This document shows, in pieces, positions 38,915-48,719 of a stretch of 64,000 nt of DNA. The stretch covers positions 1,696,001-1,760,000 of the forward strand of contig CAXXWQ010000003.1 in NCBI GenBank assembly GCA_963674945.2, given 5' to 3'. A model generated the notes under the pieces. The model worked only from the letters and a program-made list of their open reading frames with translations, was not told the origin of the DNA and made no database searches. Origin of the DNA: an uncultured Desulfosarcina sp. GTDB taxonomy: Bacteria > Desulfobacterota > Desulfobacteria > Desulfobacterales > Desulfosarcinaceae. Position 1 is the first letter of the stretch, and every line of letters starts with the position of its first letter. The position numbers were made by a program, and so were the translations under genes.

Positions 38915-40594
38915 TCATTGCCATTGGCCGAACAAACGCGTGATCTCATCAACCTCGAATCGGGGCCAGACGACCGGTCGGCCATCCTCCGTGGCCTGAA
39001 CCCCCGGCGTATTTTCCGTCACTTCACCCACGTCGGCGACTTCGATACCGCCCTCTTTCAATCGGTGAATCAACCGGGGAACTGCCTTGGGGCGGCAGCA
39101 GATCAAAAGGCTGCCGGAACCGATAAGCCCCAACGGATCGATACCCAATATGGATGTCAGGTGCCGTGTCAACGGATATATCGGCACCCGGTCGACATGG
39201 ATGGAAATCCCCTTCCCTCCCGCTCGGCTCAGCTCCTCCAGAGCGGTGGCGATGCCCCCCTCGGTGACGTCGTGCAGGGCGGATACACCCTCTATCGTCC
39301 AGGCGATGCGCGCCTCGGGTAGAATACTGACCATGGTTTGAAAGCGGGTACAGCGGTCTATCTCATCTTGGGTCATGCCCTTTTCCAAAAGCAGTGTCGC
39401 AAATTCGGACGCGATGATGGCAGTTCCCTCCACGGCGACGCCTTTGGTCACCAGCACGTGGTCTTTTGGTGCCATGCGCGATTTTCGGATCAGATCCTTC
39501 CGGGCGACGGTTCCAGCCATCATACCGGTAACGATGGGGCGGCTGACGGCATCGGTGATCTCCGTGTGGCCGCCGCACAGGGACATTTTCTCATGGGCAC
39601 AGGCGTCATGAAGGTCCTGGAAAAGAAAACGGACCTGGGACCGGGAAAAGCCCGTTGGGAGCAAAACGGTGGCCAGCATCCACTTCGCCGCCACGCCTGC
39701 CGTGGCCATGTCGTTGGCATTGATCAGAACGGCGTATCGTCCAATGGACGCGGTGGCGAAGGTGATCGGATCGGTCTTGAGCACAAGTACGGATTGGCCA
39801 CGGATGTCGACGGCGGCGGTATCCTCGCCCACTGATGGCCCTACGATGACGGAAGGATCGTCGATGGGATAGGCCTTCAATAATACATCGAGAAAAGCGT
39901 TCGGCAATTTGCCGGCCGGAAGGGAGATTCCCTGCTCCAATACAGGTTCCAGTTCCAAAAGGGTGTCGATGAGAAACCGGCACCGAATATCCGAAGGGAC
40001 CGGCGCCTCATTGGTCAGATAGGCGGTCAGGGCACCGGCCGACTGTCCCGCCTCCATGTCGAACCGAAAATCCCCCACCACTAACAGATGCGCCGGTTTG
40101 ATCCCCAATCGCCGGGCCGCCAGCAGAACCCCTTCGGCAGAGGGCTTGATCCGGACCGGGTCTTCCCGGGTGACGATAGCATCGAAATCGACCATATCCA
40201 GATGGGCGAAATTGGAAAAGGCCGTTTCGAGAGAGGTCCGACTGTTTCGGGTTAATATACCGACGGGCAAACCGGCCGCCTTTGTTTTTGCGACGATCTC
40301 TTCGGCGCCTTCGTTGGGTTGTGATATTTCGGCACCTGCACGCTCGAAGCGGTCCAATATGCGGACCATCTCCTTGCGTCGCACCGGGTCATGGACCTGT
40401 TCCATATATTCGAGCACCGGCGTTTGGGAGGGACATCCGATCTTCTTTTTCACGACGGAAAAATCCAGGGCGCCGGGCCGGGTCAAGGTCCCGTCGAAAT
40501 CAAACAGGACCCCGTCGATTCGATAAGCAGCGGTGGTATTGGAAAGAGATGGATTATTTTTTTTGATCAGGTTCAAGATGAAGGCTCCCTGCAT
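38915..40594 (-). CDS. HAD-IA hydrolase fused to AIR-synthase/HypE-like (PurM fold) domain
   Basis: FDFDGTL, LTRN, KP, VGD; then GED.A, TDPITF, NANDMA, GGHTE, HDVTEGG, IGSGSLL; start uncertain. Confidence 0.85.
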   Translation of the reverse strand: MQGAFILNLIKKNNPSLSNTTAAYRIDGVLFDFDGTLTRPGALDFSVVKKKIGCPSQTPVLEYMEQVHDPVRRKEMVRILDRFERAGAEISQPNEGAEEIVAKTKAAGLPVGILTRNSRTSLETAFSNFAHLDMVDFDAIVTREDPVRIKPSAEGVLLAARRLGIKPAHLLVVGDFRFDMEAGQSAGALTAYLTNEAPVPSDIRCRFLIDTLLELEPVLEQGISLPAGKLPNAFLDVLLKAYPIDDPSVIVGPSVGEDTAAVDIRGQSVLVLKTDPITFATASIGRYAVLINANDMATAGVAAKWMLATVLLPTGFSRSQVRFLFQDLHDACAHEKMSLCGGHTEITDAVSRPIVTGMMAGTVARKDLIRKSRMAPKDHVLVTKGVAVEGTAIIASEFATLLLEKGMTQDEIDRCTRFQTMVSILPEARIAWTIEGVSALHDVTEGGIATALEELSRAGGKGISIHVDRVPIYPLTRHLTSILGIDPLGLIGSGSLLICCRPKAVPRLIHRLKEGGIEVADVGEVTENTPGVQATEDGRPVVWPRFEVDEITRLFGQWQ

Positions 40595-40631
40595 TTGTGT
40601 TGTCAAACAGTAATATGGTAGTCTTTCGTTT

Positions 40632-41450
40632 ATGCATACCACCCAAAAACGTGTAACATCTTTCATGGCACGGGCGGAAGATGTTTTCCATCATTTATCA
40701 AACCGAACCATGGCAAATTGGCCCCGCAACCGCCCCAGCGCCCATCGCCTCAAACGGTGCCGGATCGTCTCCCACCGTGGCGAGCACGACAATCGTCTTC
40801 GGCTGGAAAACACCCTGCCCGCCTTCGATGCCGCAGCGGATGCCGGCGTGTGGGGTATTGAATTGGATGTGCGCTGGACAAAAGACCTGCTGCCGGTGGT
40901 CTTCCACGACCCCGATACCCGGCGTCTGTTCAGCCAAGAAGACCGGATCGGCCAAATGTCCCTTTCCACCTTGAAAAAAAGGCATCCAATGGTTCCCACC
41001 CTGGAGGAGGTGGTCAAACGATATGGCAAACGGATGCACCTGATGATGGAAATCAAAAAGGAGCCTTACCCGACGCCCTCCCTTCAGTCCGAGCGGATGA
41101 AAAAAGTGATCGAAAAACTCTCTCCTGTCCAGGATTTCCATCTGATGAGTCTGGATCCGGATATGTTCACTCACTTCGAATTTCTTCCACCGGCAACCTT
41201 CATCCCCATCGCCCGTGTCCGAATCGACCGTGTGAGCCGGCAGTCCATGGCATGCGGCTGGGGTGGTCTCGCCGGCCACTACCTGATGGCGACCAACGAT
41301 ATGATTTTCCGCCATCGCCGTTTAAACCAAGGCATTGGCACCGGTTTTGCCGATTCCCGGCGGTGCCTGTATCGGGAAGCGGCCCGGGGCGTAGATTGGA
41401 TTTTCTCCAATCGTGCGGCCCGGATGCAGGCGATCTGTGATCGTGCCTGA
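40632..41450 (+). CDS. Glycerophosphodiester phosphodiesterase family
   Basis: SHRG, ENTLPAF, IELDVRWTKD..VVFHD, EIK. Confidence 0.88.
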   Translation: MHTTQKRVTSFMARAEDVFHHLSNRTMANWPRNRPSAHRLKRCRIVSHRGEHDNRLRLENTLPAFDAAADAGVWGIELDVRWTKDLLPVVFHDPDTRRLFSQEDRIGQMSLSTLKKRHPMVPTLEEVVKRYGKRMHLMMEIKKEPYPTPSLQSERMKKVIEKLSPVQDFHLMSLDPDMFTHFEFLPPATFIPIARVRIDRVSRQSMACGWGGLAGHYLMATNDMIFRHRRLNQGIGTGFADSRRCLYREAARGVDWIFSNRAARMQAICDRA

Positions 41451-41468
41451 AAAAGGTATAGAGGCTCT

Positions 41469-42797
41469 TTACAGCAAGGCCGCCCTTTCCTTACCCTTCT
41501 CCTCATCCACGAAGTGAAGCAAAATGCCACCGGCGGCAAATAGAATCAGCACCGACCCGAGGCTCCAGCGCGCCGCCAGGGCACCGACGGCTGCCATTTC
41601 TGCTGCTGTCGGGTCGACCGGCATGAGTATTCTTCGCATAATCACCCCCACGACGCCCATCAGTACAGGTCCGACGATGGCGGCGAATTTCCCCAGCATA
41701 TTGTAAAAGCCAAAAAACTCTGCCGGTTTGTCCGCGGGAATCAACCGCGTGAAATAGGACCGGGAAAGCGCCTGGATACCTCCCTGGACCAGCCCGATCA
41801 TGGCTGCCAGCACGAAAAATTCGTATTTGTGATTCATGGTGATGCCCCAAAAGGTGGCGACCACGTAAAACCCGATGGCGATGTAGATGCCCTTTTTCGG
41901 CCCGATGTGCTGCCCCAACCGGCCAAAAGCCAGGGCAGCCGGGAACCCGATAAACTGCGTGACCAACAGGGCCAACAAGAGGTCGTCCGAGGAAAACCCC
42001 AGGCTCATGCCGTAATCCACCGCCATGCGAATAATGGTATCCACGCCGTCGATGTAAAGCCAGTAGGCGCATAGAAACAAAAAGACGGTCCGCATGTGCC
42101 GAATTCGACCCAACGTGTGCCCAAGCTGGGCAAAACCACCGGCCCACATCCCCCCGGTCGATGCGCGTCCCGGCGCGACGGGTCTCTCGGGGACCCAAAA
42201 GAGGGTGAACAAAGAAAATCCGCCCCACCACACTGCGACGGTGATAAAACCGAGCCGCACGGCCTGTCCGGCATCGGAAAGCCCGAAACGGTGCGGCATG
42301 ACCACCATCAACACATTCACGAGAAAGAGCAGTCCGCCACCCAAATACCCCATGGAGAAACCGAATCCCGAAACGAAATCCACATTTCCGGCTTCGGAAA
42401 CGGCCGGGAGCATGGCGTCATAAAAAACATTGGCACCGGAAAAGCCGATCACACCCAAAACGTATATCACCAGGGCCAGGACCCATTGCCCCTGGCCCAC
42501 GACATAGAGTGCGGCCGTCATCAGCACCCCCATATAGGCGAAAATGACCAGAAACCGCTTCCGAAAGGTTCCCCTGTCCGCCACGGCGCCCAGAACGGGG
42601 GCAAAGACCGCCACGGCCAAACCCGCCAGTGCATTTCCCACGCCCAACCGTGCCGTGCTCAAATTGACGTCGGCGCCGATACTCCAGAATTGCTTGAAAA
42701 AGACAGGAAAAAAACCGGCCATTACCGTCGTTGCGAAACTGGAGTTTGCCCAGTCGTACATGGCCCAGCCCCAGACGGATTTTTTTGGAAACTTCAT
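41469..42797 (-). CDS. MFS transporter (UMF1/Atg22-like)
   Basis: WAMYDWANS, FYDAML, QALSRS, EFFGFY; ~12 TM. Confidence 0.88.
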   Translation of the reverse strand: MKFPKKSVWGWAMYDWANSSFATTVMAGFFPVFFKQFWSIGADVNLSTARLGVGNALAGLAVAVFAPVLGAVADRGTFRKRFLVIFAYMGVLMTAALYVVGQGQWVLALVIYVLGVIGFSGANVFYDAMLPAVSEAGNVDFVSGFGFSMGYLGGGLLFLVNVLMVVMPHRFGLSDAGQAVRLGFITVAVWWGGFSLFTLFWVPERPVAPGRASTGGMWAGGFAQLGHTLGRIRHMRTVFLFLCAYWLYIDGVDTIIRMAVDYGMSLGFSSDDLLLALLVTQFIGFPAALAFGRLGQHIGPKKGIYIAIGFYVVATFWGITMNHKYEFFVLAAMIGLVQGGIQALSRSYFTRLIPADKPAEFFGFYNMLGKFAAIVGPVLMGVVGVIMRRILMPVDPTAAEMAAVGALAARWSLGSVLILFAAGGILLHFVDEEKGKERAALL

Positions 42798-42870
42798 GAT
42801 GACGATGCCCCCTGATCTCTCGATACCGCTTTTCGCTTGTCACAAAGTCTAAGGACGACCATAATCTATA

Positions 42871-43017
42871 TCAGTGCCCATCCAGAAACGGTTATTTTGC
42901 CCGATATCTTCGTTATACGAAAAATTTTATCCTCGGAATATCGACTATATGCCTCCGGTAAAATTTTTCGCAAGCCTTGATCTCGACCAAAATCCCTCGT
43001 TTCTGAATAGACACTAG
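42871..43017. repeat. Second palindromic MITE/REP-like element
   Basis: Terminal IR AGTGCCCATCCAGAAACG (42873-42890)/CGTTTCTGAATAGACACT (42998-43015), 15/18; inner IR CGAAAAATTTTA/TAAAATTTTTCG. Confidence 0.8.
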
Positions 43018-43049
43018 TTAGACACCAAGATTTATGAGGAGGGAAATAC

Positions 43050-46037
43050 ATGGAGGAAAAGCGCCTATCCCCGTCGGCTTCCTTTCAGGATGAGGATTTT
43101 GACACTCACTTTAAGGTATTCCATGAGTTGATGTCAAACAAGGTGTTTGAAATCCTTCTGGTTGCCAGCCTGTACGACGCCTACATCCTGGAAGAGGATG
43201 GCAGCCTGGCATCAAAAATCATCAACGAGTACCAGGGGCTCAACCTGAGCCGGCCGCCCCGCATCACCCAGGCCACCAATGCCACCCAGGCAATGGAGAT
43301 GCTCGCTAAAAAATCCTTTCACCTGGTTCTGGCCATGCCCCATTTGGACGACATGGATGTTTTCGATCTGGGCAGCCGGATTAAACGCATCCATCCCCAA
43401 CTACCGGTAGTATTGCTCGCCCACAGTGTCCAGGGGATTTATCCGCCACCGCCGGGAAAGGATATGTCCGCCATCGATCAGGTGTTCATCTGGACCGGAG
43501 ACGCGGAACTTTTACTGGCTATCATCAAGAGCATGGAAGACCGGCTAAACGTCGCCGCCGACACGAAAAAGGCCATGGTCCGCGTGTTGATCCTGGTGGA
43601 AGATTCCCCTTTGTACACGTCCTACTTTCTGCCATTCATATACAAAGAGGTGGTCCACCAGACACAGGAAGTTCTCGAGGAAAGTCTGAATCATGAGCAT
43701 CGATTGCTCAAAATGCGGGCGAGGCCCAAGATTCTCGTTGCCGAAAACTTCGAACAGGCCATGGACCTGTATCGACAGTTCGGAGCGTATCTCTTCGGCA
43801 TCATCTCGGACACCCGCTATCCAAAAGGTGGCACGCTCACCGATGACGCCGGTTTCACATTCCTTTGTGAAGTTCGAAAGACCATTCCCGATCTTCCCCT
43901 GCTCCTCATGAGCAATGAACCACAAAACGAATCCTTGGCCAACAGAGTTCCGGCGGTCTTTTTGGACAAAAACAGTGACGATCTGCAAAACGAGATCCAC
44001 CGTTTCTTTCTCAATTCTTTGGGCTTTGGCGATTTCATTTTCCGGCAACCCGACGGAAGTGAAATCGCCTGCGCCGCAAATCTGAGGGAACTGGAGGAGA
44101 TACTACCAGATATTCCCGGCGAGTCCTTGCTCTATCATGCCACCCGAAACCGCTTTTCCAACTGGATCATGGCCCGTAGCGAGATCGCCCTGGCATCCCG
44201 ATTGAGAAAAGCCAGGGCGGCCGACTTTTCCGGTGCGGAAGAGATTCGACAATTTATCATCGAACACATTCATGCACTTCGCAAATGGCGCCAAAAAGGG
44301 GTCGTGATTCACTTCAACTCCAAGGATTACGATCCACAGATCTCCGATTTCGTGAAGATCGGCAGCGGATCATTGGGAGGGAAGGCCAGGGGGCTCGCCT
44401 TCGTTGCCAATTTGCTGCGAAACTCTCCAAAATTGCAGGAGCGCTATCCGGCCGTCACCATTCAGATCCCCCAGACCCTTGTGATTACCACCGAAGGTTT
44501 TGATTCATTCGTATCCCATAACGGCCTGGACCCTTCGAACATGACCGGGTATACGGACGATGAAATCGCCAACCGATTCCTGAAAGCCCAGATGCCAATG
44601 TGGCTCACCGAGCAGTTGTGCCAATATCTTTCGGCCATCCATACACCACTTTCCATCCGCAGTTCGGGACTATTGGAAGACGCTCACAATCATCCCATTG
44701 CAGGGCTGTACAAAACCTACATGGTTCCCAACAACCATCCGGATTTCACCGTGCGGTGCAACCAGCTGATCACCGCCGTCAAGTTGGTGTATGCCTCCAC
44801 GTGGTGTAAGGAACCGCTGCGATTTTTGCAAGGCACCGCCTATCGAATCCGAAGGGATCAGATGGCGGTAATCGTTCAGCGCCTGGTGGGAAGCCGCCAC
44901 ACTACATTCTTCTACCCGGATATTTCCGGAATCGCACAGTCTCACAATGACTATCCGGTGGCGCCAATGAAAACGGAAGACGGGGTCGCCAATATCGTAC
45001 TGGGTTTCGGCCGAGGGATTCCCGAAGGGGAACCATCTCTCCGGTTTTCTCCGGCATATCCCAAGGTACTGCCACAATTTTCAAAAATCGAGGATATTCT
45101 GGCAAATGCCCAGAATCAGTTCTGGGCACTGGCCATGGAGGGGTTGCCGGACGACCTTTTTTTTGGCCGGGGCGTCAATGTGGAAAAACGTCACGTGGCC
45201 GATGCCGAAGGTGAAGGCCCGATTCGCCGACTTGCCTCCACGTTCATACCCGAAGAGAGCCGCATCAGAGATACCGCTGCCGTCGCCGGAAACCGAATCA
45301 TTACCTTCGCATCCGTTTTGAAATACGATGGTTTTCCCCTGCCCGGCCTTCTCAAGGATTTGCTGGAACTGGGCCGGAAAGGCCTTGGTTGCGCCGTTGA
45401 ATTTGAATTTTCCGTAAACATGACCGGTGATGGAAGCGACGGGGGCTCCTTCAATATTCTGCAGATGCGTCCCATGGTCGGTGGTAATACGATCCATGAC
45501 GTAACGGTCACCGAATCAGATCGTCGTGACGCACTGTGCTACACGACCGAGGTCTTGGGGCACGGCTTTTTTCAAACCATTGCCGATATCGTTTTTGTCA
45601 GGCCTGACACCTTCGATCCCAAACATACCGTGGCCATCGCCCAGTACATCACCGCCATCAACCACGAACTCGTCCGGGAAAAACGTCCCTACCTGTTAAT
45701 GGGCCATGGGCGATGGGGATCTTTCGATCCATGGTTGGGCATTCCGGTAAAATGGAAGGACATCAATGGCGTAGGGGCAATGGTGGAAATTCGCAGTCGT
45801 TTGCTCAAAGCCGACCCTTCCCATGGCTCCCACTTTTTCCACAACATCACCGCAAACGGGATCCCCTACATGACCGTTACCGAGGATAAAGACGGCTTTA
45901 TTGCATGGGACCGACTGCTCGCATTGCCCATGTTCCATCTGGGCGACCATGTCGGACATATCCGACTGAACCATCCCCTGATCATCAAATGCGATATCCG
46001 CCAGTCGCAAGCGATCATTCGAATGAAAAAGCCCTGA
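43050..46037 (+). CDS. Receiver-domain-fused PEP synthase/PPDK-like ATP-grasp protein
   Basis: Two REC-like regions (ILVED..IISD..LLMS..FLDK); GGKARGL, IRSS.LLED, MAVIVQ, EFEFSV, LQMRP; AGGAGG RBS. Confidence 0.85.
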   Translation: MEEKRLSPSASFQDEDFDTHFKVFHELMSNKVFEILLVASLYDAYILEEDGSLASKIINEYQGLNLSRPPRITQATNATQAMEMLAKKSFHLVLAMPHLDDMDVFDLGSRIKRIHPQLPVVLLAHSVQGIYPPPPGKDMSAIDQVFIWTGDAELLLAIIKSMEDRLNVAADTKKAMVRVLILVEDSPLYTSYFLPFIYKEVVHQTQEVLEESLNHEHRLLKMRARPKILVAENFEQAMDLYRQFGAYLFGIISDTRYPKGGTLTDDAGFTFLCEVRKTIPDLPLLLMSNEPQNESLANRVPAVFLDKNSDDLQNEIHRFFLNSLGFGDFIFRQPDGSEIACAANLRELEEILPDIPGESLLYHATRNRFSNWIMARSEIALASRLRKARAADFSGAEEIRQFIIEHIHALRKWRQKGVVIHFNSKDYDPQISDFVKIGSGSLGGKARGLAFVANLLRNSPKLQERYPAVTIQIPQTLVITTEGFDSFVSHNGLDPSNMTGYTDDEIANRFLKAQMPMWLTEQLCQYLSAIHTPLSIRSSGLLEDAHNHPIAGLYKTYMVPNNHPDFTVRCNQLITAVKLVYASTWCKEPLRFLQGTAYRIRRDQMAVIVQRLVGSRHTTFFYPDISGIAQSHNDYPVAPMKTEDGVANIVLGFGRGIPEGEPSLRFSPAYPKVLPQFSKIEDILANAQNQFWALAMEGLPDDLFFGRGVNVEKRHVADAEGEGPIRRLASTFIPEESRIRDTAAVAGNRIITFASVLKYDGFPLPGLLKDLLELGRKGLGCAVEFEFSVNMTGDGSDGGSFNILQMRPMVGGNTIHDVTVTESDRRDALCYTTEVLGHGFFQTIADIVFVRPDTFDPKHTVAIAQYITAINHELVREKRPYLLMGHGRWGSFDPWLGIPVKWKDINGVGAMVEIRSRLLKADPSHGSHFFHNITANGIPYMTVTEDKDGFIAWDRLLALPMFHLGDHVGHIRLNHPLIIKCDIRQSQAIIRMKKP

Positions 46038-46262
46038 AATGGACAAACAAACAAAATGCGCGGTACCTTTTTCCCTGTTCCCCCACGGCCATTTTGTTGA
46101 ACGACATCGAAGAAAAAACCAAAACAGACCCCGTTTCCCGTCTAAAGAAAAAATCAAAAATGGCGATACCGGATTCATCGATCCACGATGATCGGTAGCC
46201 AATTGTAAACGAATCCAGATCATCCTGTGAGTGCTATCGGAAACCATAGAGGAGCGTTGGAT

Positions 46263-46421
46263 ATGGAGAACAAAAAAGAAATCGTCTTTTTCGAGGAATT
46301 GGGTTTTGGATGGCTCTTCGAGGGCGATCCGATCCGAAAAATTCGCGAAAGAGACTCCATCGAACAGATCCTGATCCAACGCTCCTTGGCCGAACTCTTC
46401 AAGAAAGGCAGGCTTACCTGA
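46263..46421 (+). CDS. Small hypothetical protein (52 aa)
   Basis: AGAGGAG RBS 8 nt before ATG; protein-like composition. Confidence 0.45.
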   Translation: MENKKEIVFFEELGFGWLFEGDPIRKIRERDSIEQILIQRSLAELFKKGRLT

Positions 46422-46738
46422 TGCTCCTATTTCCTATGGGTAGAAGACGCGGTTGCTGCGGATTCGCCGGGAAAGCACCCCGATGCATCACTTTTTCCTT
46501 TCCATTCAGATAGTTAAAAAGAACTTGGCAATTCCGCAACGCCTCCGTCAACCGCCATGCCGCCCCATTGTTCCATATTTTCTTGACAAATCGACGAAGT
46601 CCTGACATCAAGTTTACTATGAGGGTATCGATTATCTGTTACAATTTAAATAGTTATCACCATTGATGGCCCGATCGCAGCGCGTCAATGACATCATTGA
46701 CGTACCGATGACAAAGGAAACGGAATAGGACAGGCAGA

Positions 46739-47020
46739 ATGAGTCTCACGAAAGCGCAAATCATCGAAAACATCCAGAATCAGACGGAAATTACAAAGCT
46801 CAAGGCGAACGACACCGTCGAAACCCTACTCGAAATCATGAAATCGACCCTTTCGGCCGGGGAAGATGTCCTGGTCAGCGGATTCGGCAAGTTCTGTGTA
46901 AAGGAAAAACGGAAACGCAAGGGCCGGAATCCGGCGACGGGCGAGGAGATGATGTTGGGAAAACGCCGCATCGTCACCTTTAAGTGTTCTGGAAAATTGC
47001 GGGAAAAAATCAACACATAA
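46739..47020 (+). CDS. ihfA: Integration host factor subunit alpha / HU family
   Basis: LTKA, GEDVLVSGFGKF, RKGRNPATGE, VTFKCSGKL. Confidence 0.88.
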   Translation: MSLTKAQIIENIQNQTEITKLKANDTVETLLEIMKSTLSAGEDVLVSGFGKFCVKEKRKRKGRNPATGEEMMLGKRRIVTFKCSGKLREKINT

Positions 47021-47161
47021 CGATCTATCCATCACGCGGCAGCCTGTTCCCGTAAGCATCTTTTTGCAAGGAGAGGCCGGATATCGGTCTTGCATCGGCG
47101 GCCTGAAAGTGACAAAAATGGCTCCGACACGATCTGCACGGGGGTATATCGGCGCCGAGGC

Positions 47162-47497
47162 CTATTTATCAGACGGATAGGGCTTTCCGCACTCGTTACA
47201 ACGGCCGTTCGGTCCCACTATACCGATACATCCCTCATCGACGCAAAGGATTCGATCTTCCCATTCATCATGGGATTCGTCGACCTCTTCTTCGGCCACT
47301 TCCACATCTTCCTTGCGCACCGTCTCCGTCTCTTCAGAGGGCAGGGAATCCCATGGCACATCCGATGGAAATGTTTCCAGGGTACCTTCATATTTCAGGC
47401 CGCATACTTTGCAACGGCCATCATCACCGACAACACCGATACAATTACCGTCGCTGCACAAAACACGTCGTTCCCAATCACTGTCCGAGTTGGGCAT
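47162..47497 (-). CDS. Small protein with two Cys4 metal-binding repeats
   Basis: WERRVLCSDGNCIGVVGDDGRCKVCG and WEDRILCVDEGCIGIVGPNGRCNECG with acidic linker; GAGGTG RBS. Confidence 0.75.
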   Translation of the reverse strand: MPNSDSDWERRVLCSDGNCIGVVGDDGRCKVCGLKYEGTLETFPSDVPWDSLPSEETETVRKEDVEVAEEEVDESHDEWEDRILCVDEGCIGIVGPNGRCNECGKPYPSDK

Positions 47498-47811
47498 ATC
47501 CGCACCTCGTTCTTGAAAAATCCTTCGTCCATCCGCGTCAACGACCACCCGCCACGCAGGTGGTTTGGATATCCGGTCCATCGGCCGGATGCCGTTATAC
47601 CAATGAAGTTGAGGGTATCTATATCACATGCGATGATGCTTCTCAAATGAATGAAAATGGTGGAGGAACGATTCAGACAGGCAGGCATGGATTTCAGTGA
47701 ACTGATGGGAAAACCAAACCTTTTTTATTGACAGCAAGTACATATGAACTAATTGTAGAACATGGCGCACAATAAGGCGAAAGGATCGCACGAAAAAACA
47801 AATCGAGGAAT

Positions 47812-48711
47812 GTGGGAGTGAAAAACAGAAACGACACAGGAAAAATCAGCCGCAATGCCCCGTGTCCCTGCGGCAGCGGGAAAAAATACAAACGTTGCTG
47901 CCTGGGCAAGTCCGCGTCGAAACCAAGCGCAGATCCATCCTATGCAAAAAGGAATCGACTTCCCATTAAAACAGCCCAGCAGATAGAAGGAATACGAATG
48001 GCCGGAAGGCTGGTCATCGACACCCTGGATATGGTAGCCCCTCACATCCGCCCCGGTGTGACCACCGATGAGATCAACACCCTTGTCCATGACTTCACGA
48101 TTCAAAACGGTGCCACCCCGGCACCATTGAATTATCGGGGCTATCCGAAAAGTGTCTGCCTGAGCGTCAACGAGGTGATCTGCCATGGCATTCCCGGGGA
48201 TCGGGTGATAGAAGACGGTGACATCATCAATGTGGATGTAACTTCGATTCTGAATCATTACTACGCGGACGCCAGCAAGACTTTTTTCGTGGGTACACCG
48301 GACGATGGTGCCCGAAAAATCGTGGAGACGGCCCGGCAATGCCTGGCCAAGGGAATGGCGGCCGTCAAGCCGGGAAACACCATCGGAGACATCGGTTCTG
48401 CGATCCAGTCCCATGCCGAAGGACAGGGTTGTTCTGTTGTTCGCGAGTTTGTCGGCCATGGTGTCGGCATCGAATTTCATGAAGCCCCACAGATCCCACA
48501 CTACGGAACACCCGGATCCGGCTATCTGCTGGTTCCGGGTATGGTTTTTACCATCGAACCCATGATCAACCTGGGAAAAAAGGAGCTGGTCATCCTCGAC
48601 GACGGGTGGACTGCGGTCACCAAGGACGGCTCCCTGTCGGCACAGTTCGAACAGACGATCCTGGTCACCGAAACGGGTTTCGAGAGCCTTACGCCCTACT
48701 CCCTTTCTTGA
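47812..48711 (+). CDS. map: Type I methionine aminopeptidase with N-terminal SEC-C motif
   Basis: RNAPCPCGSGKKYKRCC; VICHGIP, DIINVDVT, GHGVG..FHE, FTIEPM, SAQFE. Confidence 0.93.
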   Translation: MGVKNRNDTGKISRNAPCPCGSGKKYKRCCLGKSASKPSADPSYAKRNRLPIKTAQQIEGIRMAGRLVIDTLDMVAPHIRPGVTTDEINTLVHDFTIQNGATPAPLNYRGYPKSVCLSVNEVICHGIPGDRVIEDGDIINVDVTSILNHYYADASKTFFVGTPDDGARKIVETARQCLAKGMAAVKPGNTIGDIGSAIQSHAEGQGCSVVREFVGHGVGIEFHEAPQIPHYGTPGSGYLLVPGMVFTIEPMINLGKKELVILDDGWTAVTKDGSLSAQFEQTILVTETGFESLTPYSLS

Positions 48712-48719
48712 TGGCGCCA

